64,000 nucleotides of DNA from an uncultured Gemella sp. (GCF_963537375.1 NZ_CAUTDQ010000004.1:2227-66226); one strand, 5' to 3'; shown: positions 51,151 to 62,315, numbered from the stretch's first letter. Made by a program: numbers and translations. The notes: a model not told the origin generated them from the letters alone.

Positions 51151-52269
51151 CTATATTATTGATTCACGTACAAATACTTCAATTTCTTCTGGAACATGAA
51201 TATCAATCTTACATCCACTATCGCTATTAACCGTTATCCAACCTAATCCAGAAATTACAATATCCATTTTTCTACTATCAATAGTGAAACTTTTCTTAAC
51301 TTGATTATTGAATATTGAAATATTATCTTCAAATGGTGGTTTCAATAACGTTCCTAAATGTTTTTCAAATAATGCATCTGCATTACTAAGTTTTGTACGA
51401 TGAATCTCTACTAAATTAGACGCATATAAAGTGAAACTTTGACGCTCACCTTCTACAAAGTCCATTCTAGCCATACCACCAAAGAATAAACTTTGCTCAG
51501 CATTCAATTGAAATACGCGAGCTTTAATCTCCTTTTTAGGCATTACTAATTTTAAACTTTGTGCATCTAGATAATGAGCAATATCGTAATCTAATATGAT
51601 ACCCGGCGTATCATAAATACTAGTAGCTCTGTCTAAAGGTATCTCGATCATTCCAAGTGTTGTTCCAGGGAAGTGAGATGTTGTAATAACATTTTTATCC
51701 CCAGTTGTAAGTTCAATAAGTTTGTTAATAAATGTAGACTTACCAACATTTGTCGCACCTACAATATATACGTCCTTACCATTACGAAGCTCATCTATAC
51801 GACTAGCAGCTTCTTCTACACCTTGATTTTTTATTGCACTAATTAATAGAATATCTTTTACTTTAATTCCTTTCGCCTTAAGCATCTTAAACAACCATTG
51901 TTTCACCTTGTTTTGTTTAACTGATTTCGGCAGTAAATCTAGTTTATTAGCCACTAGGACAATATCTTTATTATTTCCTACGATATCTACTACATCTTCA
52001 ATCCAACTTCCAGAAAAATCAAAGATATCTACAACTTTTACTATTAATGCATCTTTTTTCGATAATGTTTTGATAAGTTGATAGAAATCCTCAGCTCCTA
52101 GTTGAACATCAGATACCTCATTATAATTTTTCAATCTGAAACATCTCTTACAAACAAGATTACCATCAATGCTTTTTTCTACAACACTTTTTGGTAAATA
52201 TCCTTGTTTATTTTGATCTTCACTTTGAATTTCAACACCACAACCTATACAATAAACTTTATTACTCAA
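51151..52269 (-). CDS. yqeH: ribosome biogenesis GTPase YqeH
   Basis: CIGCG/CKRC zinc finger, NKLD, GATNVGKST, DTPG; TTG start after GGAGG. Confidence 0.95.
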   Translation of the reverse strand: MSNKVYCIGCGVEIQSEDQNKQGYLPKSVVEKSIDGNLVCKRCFRLKNYNEVSDVQLGAEDFYQLIKTLSKKDALIVKVVDIFDFSGSWIEDVVDIVGNNKDIVLVANKLDLLPKSVKQNKVKQWLFKMLKAKGIKVKDILLISAIKNQGVEEAASRIDELRNGKDVYIVGATNVGKSTFINKLIELTTGDKNVITTSHFPGTTLGMIEIPLDRATSIYDTPGIILDYDIAHYLDAQSLKLVMPKKEIKARVFQLNAEQSLFFGGMARMDFVEGERQSFTLYASNLVEIHRTKLSNADALFEKHLGTLLKPPFEDNISIFNNQVKKSFTIDSRKMDIVISGLGWITVNSDSGCKIDIHVPEEIEVFVRESII

Positions 52270-52837
52270 TATGGCCTCCACTATTTTCTTTCTTGTGTTT
52301 TAATCTATACCCTACTTTTTTCATTTTAGGAAATGCTTTTCTTCTAGTTAAATTATGTATTATTAACGCTTCAAAAAATCTATTAATTCTAGTTTTAAAT
52401 GCATCTGTTTTCGAGATAGGTTTTACTAAAACACTCATAGCTCCAAAACTTTTTGCTCCTAATACGTCAGTTAAAACTTGATCCCCTAAAATAATCGCTT
52501 CTTCTGGTTTTCTATTCAACTTTTTAAGTGCTCTTTTAAAACCTATAGTTAAAGGTTTCTTTGCACCCGCAACATATTGGAGATTTAATTTTTTACAAAA
52601 TTCTTCAACACGCTCTTCTGTATTATTAGATACAACAATAATATCAAAACCAGCTTTTTTCATCTTCTTTAGCCATTTATTCAATTCTTTAGTATCTTTT
52701 TTACTATCCCATGATATTAAAGTATTATCTAAATCTGAAATAATAACTTTTTTGTTGTGCATATTCATATACTCAACATCAATAAACTCATACTTTTCTA
52801 CAAAATCATCAGGTGAAAAATATCTTTTTAGTACCAT
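52262..52837 (-). CDS. yqeG: YqeG HAD IIIA phosphatase
   Basis: DLDNTL, VSNN, AKKP, GDQVLTD. Confidence 0.93.
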   Translation of the reverse strand: MVLKRYFSPDDFVEKYEFIDVEYMNMHNKKVIISDLDNTLISWDSKKDTKELNKWLKKMKKAGFDIIVVSNNTEERVEEFCKKLNLQYVAGAKKPLTIGFKRALKKLNRKPEEAIILGDQVLTDVLGAKSFGAMSVLVKPISKTDAFKTRINRFFEALIIHNLTRRKAFPKMKKVGYRLKHKKENSGGHIE

Positions 52838-52854
52838 TTTTTCTACACAATAGC

Positions 52855-53631
52855 CTATAAAATAGTTGCTATTTTCTCTCCCATCTTGATTTCTTTATTC
52901 TCTAAATTTTCTTCTAAGATTATGTTATCTTTTTCAAACAGTAATACAACTGTTGAACCAAACTCAAAATAACCTAACTCTTCTCCTTTTTTCACATAGA
53001 TACTCTCATATGTAGGAATAATCGAGTTAACATTTTGAGCCCCTACAGGTATTAGTGTATAATTGATTTTTCCACTTAATTTATACACTTGTCTGTAGTT
53101 ATAACTTAGTATATTATCTCCTAATTCCAGCCCAAGATTATTAACTGGATATGAATATTTTCCAAGGCTATAAGCATCCTTTACTTGGCAATTCATAGGA
53201 AAGTGAATACGGTGATAATTCTTAGGACTAAGATATATTATCATGTATGTACCATCTTTATATTTATCCGCTAACTCACTATCTCCTACCAATGTTTGAA
53301 CGTTGTAAACTTGATTCTTCACAACAAATGTTCTGTCTTCAGAAACAACACCTAGTTCAGAAATCACTCCATCAGTTGGACTTACAAGTGAATTCTCATC
53401 TAGATTGATTGGTCGAGCATCTGGGCGTAGCTTTCTAATAAAAAATTCATTTAAATTTTTAAAATCATCAATTTCATCTAAAATTTCATCAGTATTAATA
53501 TCATATACCTTAGCAAAAGGTTGAATCATTAATCGACTTAGATTAGATTTTGTTAATTTTTTAAGAGCTTTAGAACTCATATTTCCATTAGTTAATTCAA
53601 CACAAAGTTGAAACATTTTCTTTTTTAACAT
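52855..53631 (-). CDS. psd: phosphatidylserine decarboxylase proenzyme
   Basis: FFIRKL, SPTDG, YLSPKNYHRIH, GYFEFGSTVVL self-cleavage motif. Confidence 0.92.
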   Translation of the reverse strand: MLKKKMFQLCVELTNGNMSSKALKKLTKSNLSRLMIQPFAKVYDINTDEILDEIDDFKNLNEFFIRKLRPDARPINLDENSLVSPTDGVISELGVVSEDRTFVVKNQVYNVQTLVGDSELADKYKDGTYMIIYLSPKNYHRIHFPMNCQVKDAYSLGKYSYPVNNLGLELGDNILSYNYRQVYKLSGKINYTLIPVGAQNVNSIIPTYESIYVKKGEELGYFEFGSTVVLLFEKDNIILEENLENKEIKMGEKIATIL

Positions 53632-53941
53632 ACCCGTCTCCTTATTGAATATCATTCTATATTTTACTATAAAAGTCGTTTAAATACAAATATTGCAAAA
53701 GAAAATCCTAAAATTATCTTTTGAAATTTCTCTTTTTAATTAATAACTATTATTATATTATATTCTTATATTTCCACAATTTTAAAATCATAGACTTTTT
53801 TAAATATTACACGTTAACACTGCCTATAATCCAGCATCTGTATATTCAGGTTAAGTAGAAAATTTTTATTATATATCGTTGATTTTAATAACATAAAATT
53901 GTATAATAAAATTATAATAAAAAAACAAGGGAGTGAATGAC

Positions 53942-54565
53942 ATGACGTTAAACAATAAAGTTAAAGAAAACATTATTTTAACAACTGTCCAAAACGTTTG
54001 AACTAAGGGCTATTCTCTGACAAGTGTTCAGGATATAATAAAAAAAGCTAAAGCCCCTAAGGGAAGCGTGTACTACTATTTTCCAAAAGGAAAAGATGAA
54101 ATTTATCTAGAAGCATTAGATAAAATCAACAGTAATGTAAAAAAAGAATTTAAAACAATTTCTCCTAAATTAGGGACTTTAGAGGAGTATTTAACAGCTG
54201 TTTTTGATCTTTTTATATCAAAAGGTAAAGCTTGTAAACGTAGTGGTTTTTCACTTACATTATTGGCGATGGAAACTGCAGAACTTTCTCCAATAATCGC
54301 TGAAAAATGCAGTGATATTCTTGAAAATTGGCGTTTACTACTTGCTGATGGTTTATTCGATAGAAATCTACCAGAGGACGTTTGTAACCCTGTTAGCGAA
54401 TGGTTATTCACTAGTATTCAAGGTGCACTAACTGCTAATAAAATTCACAAAGATGAAGCATTCCTGTTCAATATAAAATCATCAATCAAATTTGTTTCTA
54501 CCTCTTCTCCTGAAACACTTAGAGAAATATTCTCTAAGTCAGATGAAGACGAAGTTGTCGCATAA
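53942..54565 (+). pseudogene. TetR/AcrR regulator (LmrA/YxaF-like) with in-frame stop at codon 20
   Basis: ATG 53942 after AGGGAG: MTLNNKVKENIILTTVQNV*TKGYSLTSVQDIIKKAKAPKGSVYYYFPKGK; TGA at 53999-54001; same frame as track ORF 54068. Confidence 0.85.
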
Positions 54566-54566
54566 C

Positions 54567-54613
54567 AAAAAACCTTCTTTATTGAATTAAATTATCAATA
54601 AAGAAGGTTTTTT
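54567..54613. terminator. bidirectional intrinsic terminator
   Basis: AAAAAACCTTCTTTATTGA/TCAATAAAGAAGGTTTTTT. Confidence 0.85.
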
Positions 54614-54619
54614 AATTTA

Positions 54620-54979
54620 TTAAATTGTATTAATCATCTGCATTGTCAATGTGTTTATTTTTTGACTAAAGAATTTTTTTATTGCAGGGTCTAGTTCTAT
54701 TCTATCTAAGGCTAATTCAAAATCCTCTAACCAATATTTAGCTTCTTTTATCGAGATAGGAAGTTTCATATGTTTTTTTCTTAAATCTGGAGTGGCGAAT
54801 ACAGAATGCCCTGGCTCTCCTAAAAACAGTCTAAAAAATCTCTTCTGTTCAATTTTGATGTTATCAAACCCATCATTAAATAAAATATTAATTCTATCAT
54901 CATTAGGAATAATATCATCATACATGTGTATAACTAACTCATCAATTTTTTCTTCTCCTATTTTTTCATATAGGTTCAT
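54620..54979 (-). CDS. truncated hemoglobin (group II, YjbI-like)
   Basis: LYEKIG, B10 Tyr, Q..F...FLG.P, P.LR..H proximal His, W at G8, M.N end. Confidence 0.8.
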   Translation of the reverse strand: MNLYEKIGEEKIDELVIHMYDDIIPNDDRINILFNDGFDNIKIEQKRFFRLFLGEPGHSVFATPDLRKKHMKLPISIKEAKYWLEDFELALDRIELDPAIKKFFSQKINTLTMQMINTI

Positions 54980-55174
54980 AATAACCTCCACAATTTGTTC
55001 ATATTTTTTTCACTTTTTGTCCTTATTTATATTAAACTACATATAGTATTATTTTGCAATTAAAATGCTATCAAACATCAATTTATTATTGAAATTTTTT
55101 TGAATTTAGCAAATTTTATTATAAAAAGCACAAAACGTAGAATAGGATATTATCCACTCTACGTTTCAATAATA

Positions 55175-56356
55175 CTATTTTAATAATTTTTTGAATGCAT
55201 CCACTTTATCAGTTCTTTCCCAAGTGAATTCTACATCTTCACGCCCAAAGTGACCGTATGCTGCTGTTTTCTTGAAGATTGGTTTTCTTAAATCTAAAGT
55301 TTCGATGATTCCATTTGGTGTTAAACGGAATTCTTCTTTAATTGTTTTAACAATATCTCCTTCATCAACTTTTGAAGTTCCAAATGTTTCAACAAAGATT
55401 GATACTGGGTGTGCTACTCCAATTGCATAAGCTAATTGAACTTCCGCTTTATCACAGATTCCACTAGCTACAATGTTTTTAGCGATATATCTAGCCATAT
55501 ATGCTCCTGATCTATCTACTTTAGTCGCATCTTTACCACTGAATGCTCCACCACCGTGACGTGAGAATCCTCCGTATGTATCTACGATAATTTTACGTCC
55601 TGTTAGCCCAGCATCTCCTACTGGTCCACCGATTACGAATCTTCCTGTTGGATTGATGAAGTACTTAGTATTTTCATCTAATAATTCTTTATCTAAACAT
55701 GGCTCGATTACGTATTTTTTAATATCCGCATGGATTTGTTCTTGAGTTACTTCTGCATCATGTTGAGTTGATACTACGATTGTATCAATTCTATTTACTT
55801 TATGATTCACATCATATTCGATTGTAACTTGAACTTTTCCATCTGGACCTAAGTATGTAAGAATACCATTTTTTCTAACTTCTGCTAATTGTTTTGAAAG
55901 TTTTTGACTTAGGTAAATTGGTAGTGGCATATATGTTGGAGTTTCGTTAGTTGCAAATCCGAACATAAGACCTTGGTCACCTGCACCTACTTCATTTTCT
56001 TCTTTTTGTTGTTTTGTTTCTAATGAATTATCAACTCCTAAAGCGATATCCGGAGATTGTTTATCTAAACCTACAAGAACTGAAATATGATCTCCTGAAT
56101 ATCCTTTATTAGGATCTGTGTATCCAATTTCATTAATTGTATCGCGTACGATTTGTTGGAAGTCAACATTTGCTGTTGTTGAAACTTCTCCAACTAGAAC
56201 TGCTAATCCTGTGTTTACACATGTTTCACAAGCTACACGTCCGTACGGATCTTGTTCTAAAATCGCATCTAAAATCGCATCTGACACTTGGTCAGCGATT
56301 TTATCTGGGTGCCCTTCTGTTACTGATTCTGATGTAAATAAATATGTTTTGCTCAT
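55175..56356 (-). CDS. metK: S-adenosylmethionine synthetase
   Basis: [28 protein letters not shown]. Confidence 0.98.
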   Translation of the reverse strand: MSKTYLFTSESVTEGHPDKIADQVSDAILDAILEQDPYGRVACETCVNTGLAVLVGEVSTTANVDFQQIVRDTINEIGYTDPNKGYSGDHISVLVGLDKQSPDIALGVDNSLETKQQKEENEVGAGDQGLMFGFATNETPTYMPLPIYLSQKLSKQLAEVRKNGILTYLGPDGKVQVTIEYDVNHKVNRIDTIVVSTQHDAEVTQEQIHADIKKYVIEPCLDKELLDENTKYFINPTGRFVIGGPVGDAGLTGRKIIVDTYGGFSRHGGGAFSGKDATKVDRSGAYMARYIAKNIVASGICDKAEVQLAYAIGVAHPVSIFVETFGTSKVDEGDIVKTIKEEFRLTPNGIIETLDLRKPIFKKTAAYGHFGREDVEFTWERTDKVDAFKKLLK

Positions 56357-56433
56357 TTTTTTCTCCTAAAATATTTTTGTCTGATATTAATACAAATCTT
56401 CTTAAGTCCTTAATATCTTTAAAATAAAAATTA

Positions 56434-56570
56434 AAAGACCTTATCTCATAGACAAGGTCTTTATGTATACCTCATCGTTCAAAGTAAACTTTGCTAAGGA
56501 AAGCACCTTAATCAATTGATTAGGTTGCTGGAGTTCATCGGGCCTTATCCCTCACTCACTCTTGATAAGT
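56434..56570 (-). ncRNA. SAM-I (S-box) riboswitch with terminator
   Basis: CUUAUCAAGAG...GAGGGA..GGCCCGAUGAA..CCAGCAACC...AAGGUGC..UCC...GAUGAG, then AAAGACCUUGUCU/AGAUAAGGUCUUUU hairpin; promoter TTGACA(56627)-17-TAAAAT. Confidence 0.95.
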
Positions 56571-56655
56571 ATTTATATTTCTTTTATCAGCATATTCGAT
56601 TTTAATATACTTTCTGTCATTTGTCAAATGATAAAGTACAAAAGATATATTAAAA

Positions 56656-57147
56656 TTAATATTCAATATTGTATCTACTTCTTTCTAGAAGTATTTTCTC
56701 TTTTAACTTCTCCGCTTCTTCAATTGGAAGATAGTCAATAGTAAGCTTACTATATATTCCTGTTACTTGTATATTAGCTAATTTAAACTTATTTAAAACT
56801 GGACCTGTATGTATCGTAACATCTTGAATGGTATTAAATGGTAAAGTTTTTTTACTCTTAAAAAACACTCCTTCAACTTCCGATACCCCCATTTCGTCTA
56901 TTTCATAAGAATAATTTCTAATTACTAAAGGCGGGATAACTAAAACCACTAAAGCATATATTATTAATATCACTAATATACCTAGACCTATAAATTTATA
57001 ATTTATTTCAGTTTTAAAATAGTCATATACACTTTTACTAATAACAAATGATAAAAGAACTAGAGCATATATTCCAAAATGTATTCTCAAATATTGTATT
57101 GATCTTTCTGGTAAATTACATGATTTCTTTTCAAATATTCTACTCAT
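56656..57147 (-). CDS. bPH2-domain membrane protein (YdbS-like)
   Basis: 2 TM then Y.I....GVF.....P...IQ.V....GP. Confidence 0.8.
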   Translation of the reverse strand: MSRIFEKKSCNLPERSIQYLRIHFGIYALVLLSFVISKSVYDYFKTEINYKFIGLGILVILIIYALVVLVIPPLVIRNYSYEIDEMGVSEVEGVFFKSKKTLPFNTIQDVTIHTGPVLNKFKLANIQVTGIYSKLTIDYLPIEEAEKLKEKILLERSRYNIEY

Positions 57148-58645
57148 AACCTACCTCCGAAATTATAAAATCTCTTTCTAATTTTTCTTTATATTCTTTA
57201 TCATAGTATTTCAACTTAATATCTGAGTTTACTCCAATAGAATTTATCGATAGATGGGAAAGATCCCTTTTATTCATAAAATAGTTTGTTCTACTATTTA
57301 TAGTTCCTACTTTTTTCACCTTAATGAATTCTGTTATTATTGTTAATTGTCTCATAAATGTATTCTTAAAGTAATATCTATCATAAGAAAGTTCGTTATA
57401 TTTCAACATATAGTTTTTCACTAAAATACTATACAAAACTAAGACAAGATAGAAAGCAAGTGAACTCAAAACTTTATACTCTAACTTCAAATCAATATTA
57501 GCAAAATATAATATCGCAAATACTATTATCGGTAGAAGGCTGCAATTAAACAAACTCCAACGATACAATGCAATTCTAGCTTTTCGTTGTATTTTTTCAC
57601 TTTCTAAACTTTCATAATACTCTAAATCAATACCTAGATTATTTTTCACAAAATTCTGTGCAAAATCATTTTTTACTAGTGGCAAGACATCTATCGTAGA
57701 CTTTTGTTCACTTAAATCTTCCGATACGTTATTAGTCAATGTTTCAACAGACAATTTTGCAAGACCGAAAAAGCGATAACGCAGTGGATATATCAATTTT
57801 ACACTTTGGATTCTATCAATATCAATAACTAGTGATTTTTTATTTAACAATCCATATTTACATAGTAAATTATGTTCTTTAGTAGTGAGGATAAAGTTAT
57901 AATATTTTACAATTGTATGAATAACTGATGCGATTACGACTAAAATCATAAAAATTCCAATTATTATAAATATTGCTGTTATATTCCCCGCGACTGACTT
58001 AGCATTTTTTTGAAGAAGTTCATCAAAATAAGCTTCATTATCGAAGATATATTTGAAAACATCTCGAATCTTACCATTTAATGCTAATATTAACCCTAAA
58101 GCTGCAAAGAACCTAACCCTAAGCAGTCCATAAAATGCAAGATCTTTTACAGATAATCTTAATATTTCATTTTGAGAATCTTGCACTTTTTCTTCTTGAT
58201 CTATAGCCATATCCTCATCTTGACCTTGTTTTAATTCTCTTAGTATATCAATTAAGTTTAATGCGACTTCCTTCTTCAGAGGTTTTATCCTAATCTTACC
58301 TCCAACAAGGTTTATATCCACCGAAAGTAGATTAAATACTTGATACAATACGTTAGAGCTCATGTCAATTGACTGGATGTTTTCAAGATTTATATTTTTT
58401 GCTTCTTTATTTATTATTCCTTTTGTATAAATTAGAGCTCCATCCCGTACTTCATAACTTTTTAAGAAATAATCAAATATACCTATTACTATTAATAAAA
58501 GGAATCCCATCAAAACTAGTAAATAATATTTCAAATTTTGTTCTTTTAATGCCAACACCATAAAAATACCAAACAATCTAAATCCAGTAATTACAGTATC
58601 CATAATAACCATAGGATGTACTCGACTTTTTTTAATATTATTCAT
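57140..58645 (-). CDS. bPH2-domain membrane protein (YdbT-like)
   Basis: R.HP start; repeated TM pair + G.......I....IQS units; ~500 aa. Confidence 0.8.
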   Translation of the reverse strand: MNNIKKSRVHPMVIMDTVITGFRLFGIFMVLALKEQNLKYYLLVLMGFLLLIVIGIFDYFLKSYEVRDGALIYTKGIINKEAKNINLENIQSIDMSSNVLYQVFNLLSVDINLVGGKIRIKPLKKEVALNLIDILRELKQGQDEDMAIDQEEKVQDSQNEILRLSVKDLAFYGLLRVRFFAALGLILALNGKIRDVFKYIFDNEAYFDELLQKNAKSVAGNITAIFIIIGIFMILVVIASVIHTIVKYYNFILTTKEHNLLCKYGLLNKKSLVIDIDRIQSVKLIYPLRYRFFGLAKLSVETLTNNVSEDLSEQKSTIDVLPLVKNDFAQNFVKNNLGIDLEYYESLESEKIQRKARIALYRWSLFNCSLLPIIVFAILYFANIDLKLEYKVLSSLAFYLVLVLYSILVKNYMLKYNELSYDRYYFKNTFMRQLTIITEFIKVKKVGTINSRTNYFMNKRDLSHLSINSIGVNSDIKLKYYDKEYKEKLERDFIISEVGYE

Positions 58646-59135
58646 CTTTATACCTCCTATAATTAAGATTATTATTTAGTATAGTTAATAATAGTTTTTC
58701 TAGTTGCTCTACATCTTTTCTAGAAACATAAAATCTTAATTTTTCTGAACCACTATTAACGCTAACTATATATATATTAAATTTTTTCGATAATATATTC
58801 TGTTTTATTGTATAATCTAGTATATTCCTAAGTGGTGCTACTTTCTCCAACTTAAAAAATGTATATATTGCTGTTGATGATAGTTTAAAATGTTCATCTG
58901 TAATTTCAAAAAATGTATTGTACTCATACTTATCTCTTAGCATTACAACTATAACATGATTTAAAAACACTAACCCTAATACTCCCCATAGAATTATATA
59001 TACATCTACACCGAACACTTCTTCAAAACCGGTAAGTTTAAAAATCACTGAAGCTATTGCAACACATGTTAAACATATTACCCAAACATTAAAGAAAAAA
59101 TAATCAACATATATTCTTCCTATATACTTTCTCAT
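58638..59135 (-). CDS. divergent bPH2-domain membrane protein (YdbS-like)
   Basis: 2 TM then PL.NI....IKQNIL.KKF.I..V.V. Confidence 0.6.
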   Translation of the reverse strand: MRKYIGRIYVDYFFFNVWVICLTCVAIASVIFKLTGFEEVFGVDVYIILWGVLGLVFLNHVIVVMLRDKYEYNTFFEITDEHFKLSSTAIYTFFKLEKVAPLRNILDYTIKQNILSKKFNIYIVSVNSGSEKLRFYVSRKDVEQLEKLLLTILNNNLNYRRYKDE

Positions 59136-59155
59136 AAAATCCCTCCCTTTTTTTA

Positions 59156-59785
59156 TTAACAACCGATAAGATTTAGACCTCGTTCACGTTCAATCGTAGT
59201 CTCATCTCCATGACCTGGATATACTATTTTAGCTCCATCTAGTTTAAATAATACATTTCCTAATGAATTTTTTAAAGCATCATAATCTGAGCCATATAAA
59301 TCATAACGACCAAAACCGCTTCTAAATAATGCATCTCCTACTACTACAAACTTACCAAAATCAAATGATACTCCACCTGGAGAGTGCCCCGGTGTTGGTA
59401 GAACTGTAAAACTTAAACCAGCAATTTCGTATTTTTTATTTTCTTCAAACTCGAATTCTGCCGGATCAGTCATAGGCGGTCTTCTTAAACGGAACAATGT
59501 TGAACCATTAAAATCAGGATTTTGTAACCAATCGCGTTCATGTCCTGAAATATATACAGGTACTCCGTAGTGTTTTCTGCACTCATCTAATGACATAATA
59601 TGATCAAAGTGAGCATGTGTTAATAATATCGCTTCGATTTTTACATTTAATTCTTCTACAGCTTTTTGTATTCTATCGAAACCTTCACCTGGGTCTATAA
59701 TAACTCCTCGTCCATCTTTATAAACTATATAGCAATTTTCATCTACCATATCCATTACTATTCTTTTAATTTCTGCTTTTGCCAT
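59156..59785 (-). CDS. MBL-fold metallo-hydrolase (glyoxalase II-like, YqgX type)
   Basis: THAHFDH, TPGHSPG, GDALF, YPGHG. Confidence 0.9.
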   Translation of the reverse strand: MAKAEIKRIVMDMVDENCYIVYKDGRGVIIDPGEGFDRIQKAVEELNVKIEAILLTHAHFDHIMSLDECRKHYGVPVYISGHERDWLQNPDFNGSTLFRLRRPPMTDPAEFEFEENKKYEIAGLSFTVLPTPGHSPGGVSFDFGKFVVVGDALFRSGFGRYDLYGSDYDALKNSLGNVLFKLDGAKIVYPGHGDETTIERERGLNLIGC

Positions 59786-60018
59786 TTTCTCAAAACCTTT
59801 CCATAATTATCATTATCTTTATTTTATCCTATTATTATGTTATTAACAAGTCTTGGTTAGTAGTTTTTTTACTTTACTTATATAACCCCTCTTCGCTTGA
59901 CCTTATTTAATATTTTTTTTATACTTGAATAGTATGGTTTTTATAAGAAACTTAGTTTTTTCCTAACTTTTTCATGAAAAGTCAGGTTTAAATATCTAAG
60001 AAAAAAGGAGATACAAAA

Positions 60019-61167
60019 ATGAAATTAAATTCATTCGCTAAGTTTTCATTACTTAGTATTTCAATATTATTAATGTCACACCTTGCTATTTCTCCAGTAA
60101 TTCCAAACCTGTATAATTTTTATCATACTAATAACCCAAACATAGGTCTGGCTTCTGTAGAGAGTTTAGCAACAATACCAGCTATGATGATTACGATTTT
60201 CGTTCTTCTTAGCAATGGTGTTATTAAATTAATCGGAAAGAAAAATACAGTTCTTCTTGGACTTATACTTATCTTTATCTTTGGTATAGTACCAGCCTTC
60301 ACAACTAATTTTAAAATTGTCTTAATCAGTAGATTACTTCTTGGTGCTGGTATCGGGTTATTCAACTCACTTTCAATCAGTATGATTAGTGATTTCTTTG
60401 ATGAAGAACACCGTGGTACTATGATCGGATTAAGAACTGCATTTTTAAATATAGGTAAAGCTTTAACTACCTTTATTTCAGGATACTTATTAATCTACGG
60501 TATTCAATATACATTTTTAGTTTATGCTTTAGCACTTCCTATATTTATAATATTCCTATTATTCGTACCTAACACTGAAAATGTAAATAATAAAAAAGTA
60601 AGCCTTAAGTTTCATAAAGAAACTATAGTTCTAACTCTTCTAACATTTTTAGTAGGAATTTCTTACATGGGAGCAACTATTAAAATCCCTACACTACTAG
60701 CAGAAAAATATCACTATCAACCAGATATAGCTAGAAATCTACTTACAATCTTAGCTTTAAGTGGTATACTTTCTGGAGTTATCTTTGGTATTCTAGTTAA
60801 AAGGTTTAAAAATCTAACTTTACCAATTATGCTAAGTTTCATGACCATTGGAAGTGTATTATTTGCTTTAACAAATAATATTATTATCTTCTACATTGCA
60901 GCTATTCTTATTGGAATAAGCTTCGTAGGAACTATGTCATTTAACTTCTTCTATATTTCAAACAAGTTAGATAATAAATTTATCAACTTTGCAACAAGTG
61001 TAGTTTTAGTTGGTGGAAACATTGGTGTTATCCTTACTCCTGTAGTGTTGACAAAAATACCAGAAGCCCTACACTTAGAAAAATATACAACACCATTTTT
61101 CATTACTACTACTCTAATGCTAATTTCTACATTAGTTAGTTATACAATATTAAGAAATAAAAAATAA
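60019..61167 (+). CDS. MFS transporter
   Basis: 12 TM, SRLLLGAGIG motif. Confidence 0.88.
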   Translation: MKLNSFAKFSLLSISILLMSHLAISPVIPNLYNFYHTNNPNIGLASVESLATIPAMMITIFVLLSNGVIKLIGKKNTVLLGLILIFIFGIVPAFTTNFKIVLISRLLLGAGIGLFNSLSISMISDFFDEEHRGTMIGLRTAFLNIGKALTTFISGYLLIYGIQYTFLVYALALPIFIIFLLFVPNTENVNNKKVSLKFHKETIVLTLLTFLVGISYMGATIKIPTLLAEKYHYQPDIARNLLTILALSGILSGVIFGILVKRFKNLTLPIMLSFMTIGSVLFALTNNIIIFYIAAILIGISFVGTMSFNFFYISNKLDNKFINFATSVVLVGGNIGVILTPVVLTKIPEALHLEKYTTPFFITTTLMLISTLVSYTILRNKK

Positions 61168-61220
61168 AATTTAAAAGGAGAACATCTTTGATACTAATAT
61201 CTCGGATGTTCTCCTTTTTA

Positions 61221-62075
61221 TTAACTATTAAGTAGCTCTTTATTTTTCTCTAAAAATTCTTTTAATTCATTATCTGGTACTTGTCTTGCTAATACTAGTG
61301 TACGTAATGCAACATCATCTAATCTACAAGTACAAAAGACAGTCATATTATCCTCTCCAGAAATCTTGCTATTTTCTAGCCAATTCTTAGCTCCTTCTTT
61401 AAACAACTTGATAAATTCTCCTTTTTTATCTGAAGTAGTTGGAATTTGATATAAATTTGTAAATTCATTTACAACTTTCACACCAGTTACTTCATAATAA
61501 TACTTTCTTTCAGGAGTTTCCATAACAATAACTCTATGGCTATCAAAATAATCTTTTTTTCCAAACCAATTCATATTATTAAATACTCTAGTGTCTAAAG
61601 TAATTTTCTTTTCCTCGATTCCAGCTCTTGCATGCCCAAAAACCCATTTCACATCACTCTTAGTTAGATCTGGTTGATTCTCATAGTCCATAAAAACTGC
61701 TCCTATATATGGGGCAGGTTTATTATCTAAACCATATTCCAAATATTTAGAATTATTTGTTGTTTGCAACATTGGTTCTTTTAAAGAATCTTTTCCATCA
61801 CCTGGTACATACATATAACCGATGACCTCTTTATTGATTGCCTTCAACTCATTAAATTTCTTTTCTAAGTATTCTTTTTCCGCTTTATCTACAACATATT
61901 TGTCTTCTTCTTTTTTCGCAGTTTCTTTTTTTACTGTTTGAACTTGAGACTCAGTAGAACTTGAACCTGCATTCGAATTAAAATATGAATAAGCTCCAAA
62001 TGAACCACCAATTAAAATAATAACTAATAGTAGATATTTTACTATGTTTCTAAATATTGATTTACTATTTTTCAT
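61221..62075 (-). CDS. class B sortase
   Basis: N-terminal TM, N....G, GAVFMDY.N, FGH, F..M, CTC and downstream Arg. Confidence 0.82.
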   Translation of the reverse strand: MKNSKSIFRNIVKYLLLVIILIGGSFGAYSYFNSNAGSSSTESQVQTVKKETAKKEEDKYVVDKAEKEYLEKKFNELKAINKEVIGYMYVPGDGKDSLKEPMLQTTNNSKYLEYGLDNKPAPYIGAVFMDYENQPDLTKSDVKWVFGHARAGIEEKKITLDTRVFNNMNWFGKKDYFDSHRVIVMETPERKYYYEVTGVKVVNEFTNLYQIPTTSDKKGEFIKLFKEGAKNWLENSKISGEDNMTVFCTCRLDDVALRTLVLARQVPDNELKEFLEKNKELLNS

Positions 62076-62315
62076 TAAGTCTTTCCTTTCTAAAAATTAT
62101 CTCTTTGTGTCTAAATCATAAATTAGATTATATCATATTTACATAAATTTCTTCAAAAGATTGTATTGCTAATTTGTGAATTAATTTTGATTTATGTATC
62201 ATTTAATTTTTAATTGAATTATTCTTTTATCATTCAAAAAAAAGAATGATTAAAAACCAGTTGATAATACAAATAGATTTTTAAATCACCCTTATTTATG
62301 GTTTATTTTTTTATT

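Noticed and set aside
53999..54040. Selenocysteine or genetic code 4 reading of the TetR UGA
   Set aside because: No evident SECIS hairpin, not a Cys-type position, and Trp is encoded by TGG in the window's other genes
59890..60018. Riboswitch in the MFS leader
   Set aside because: Only one imperfect hairpin (CCTAACTTTT/AAAAGTCAGG); no purine, TPP, FMN or other aptamer consensus recognised
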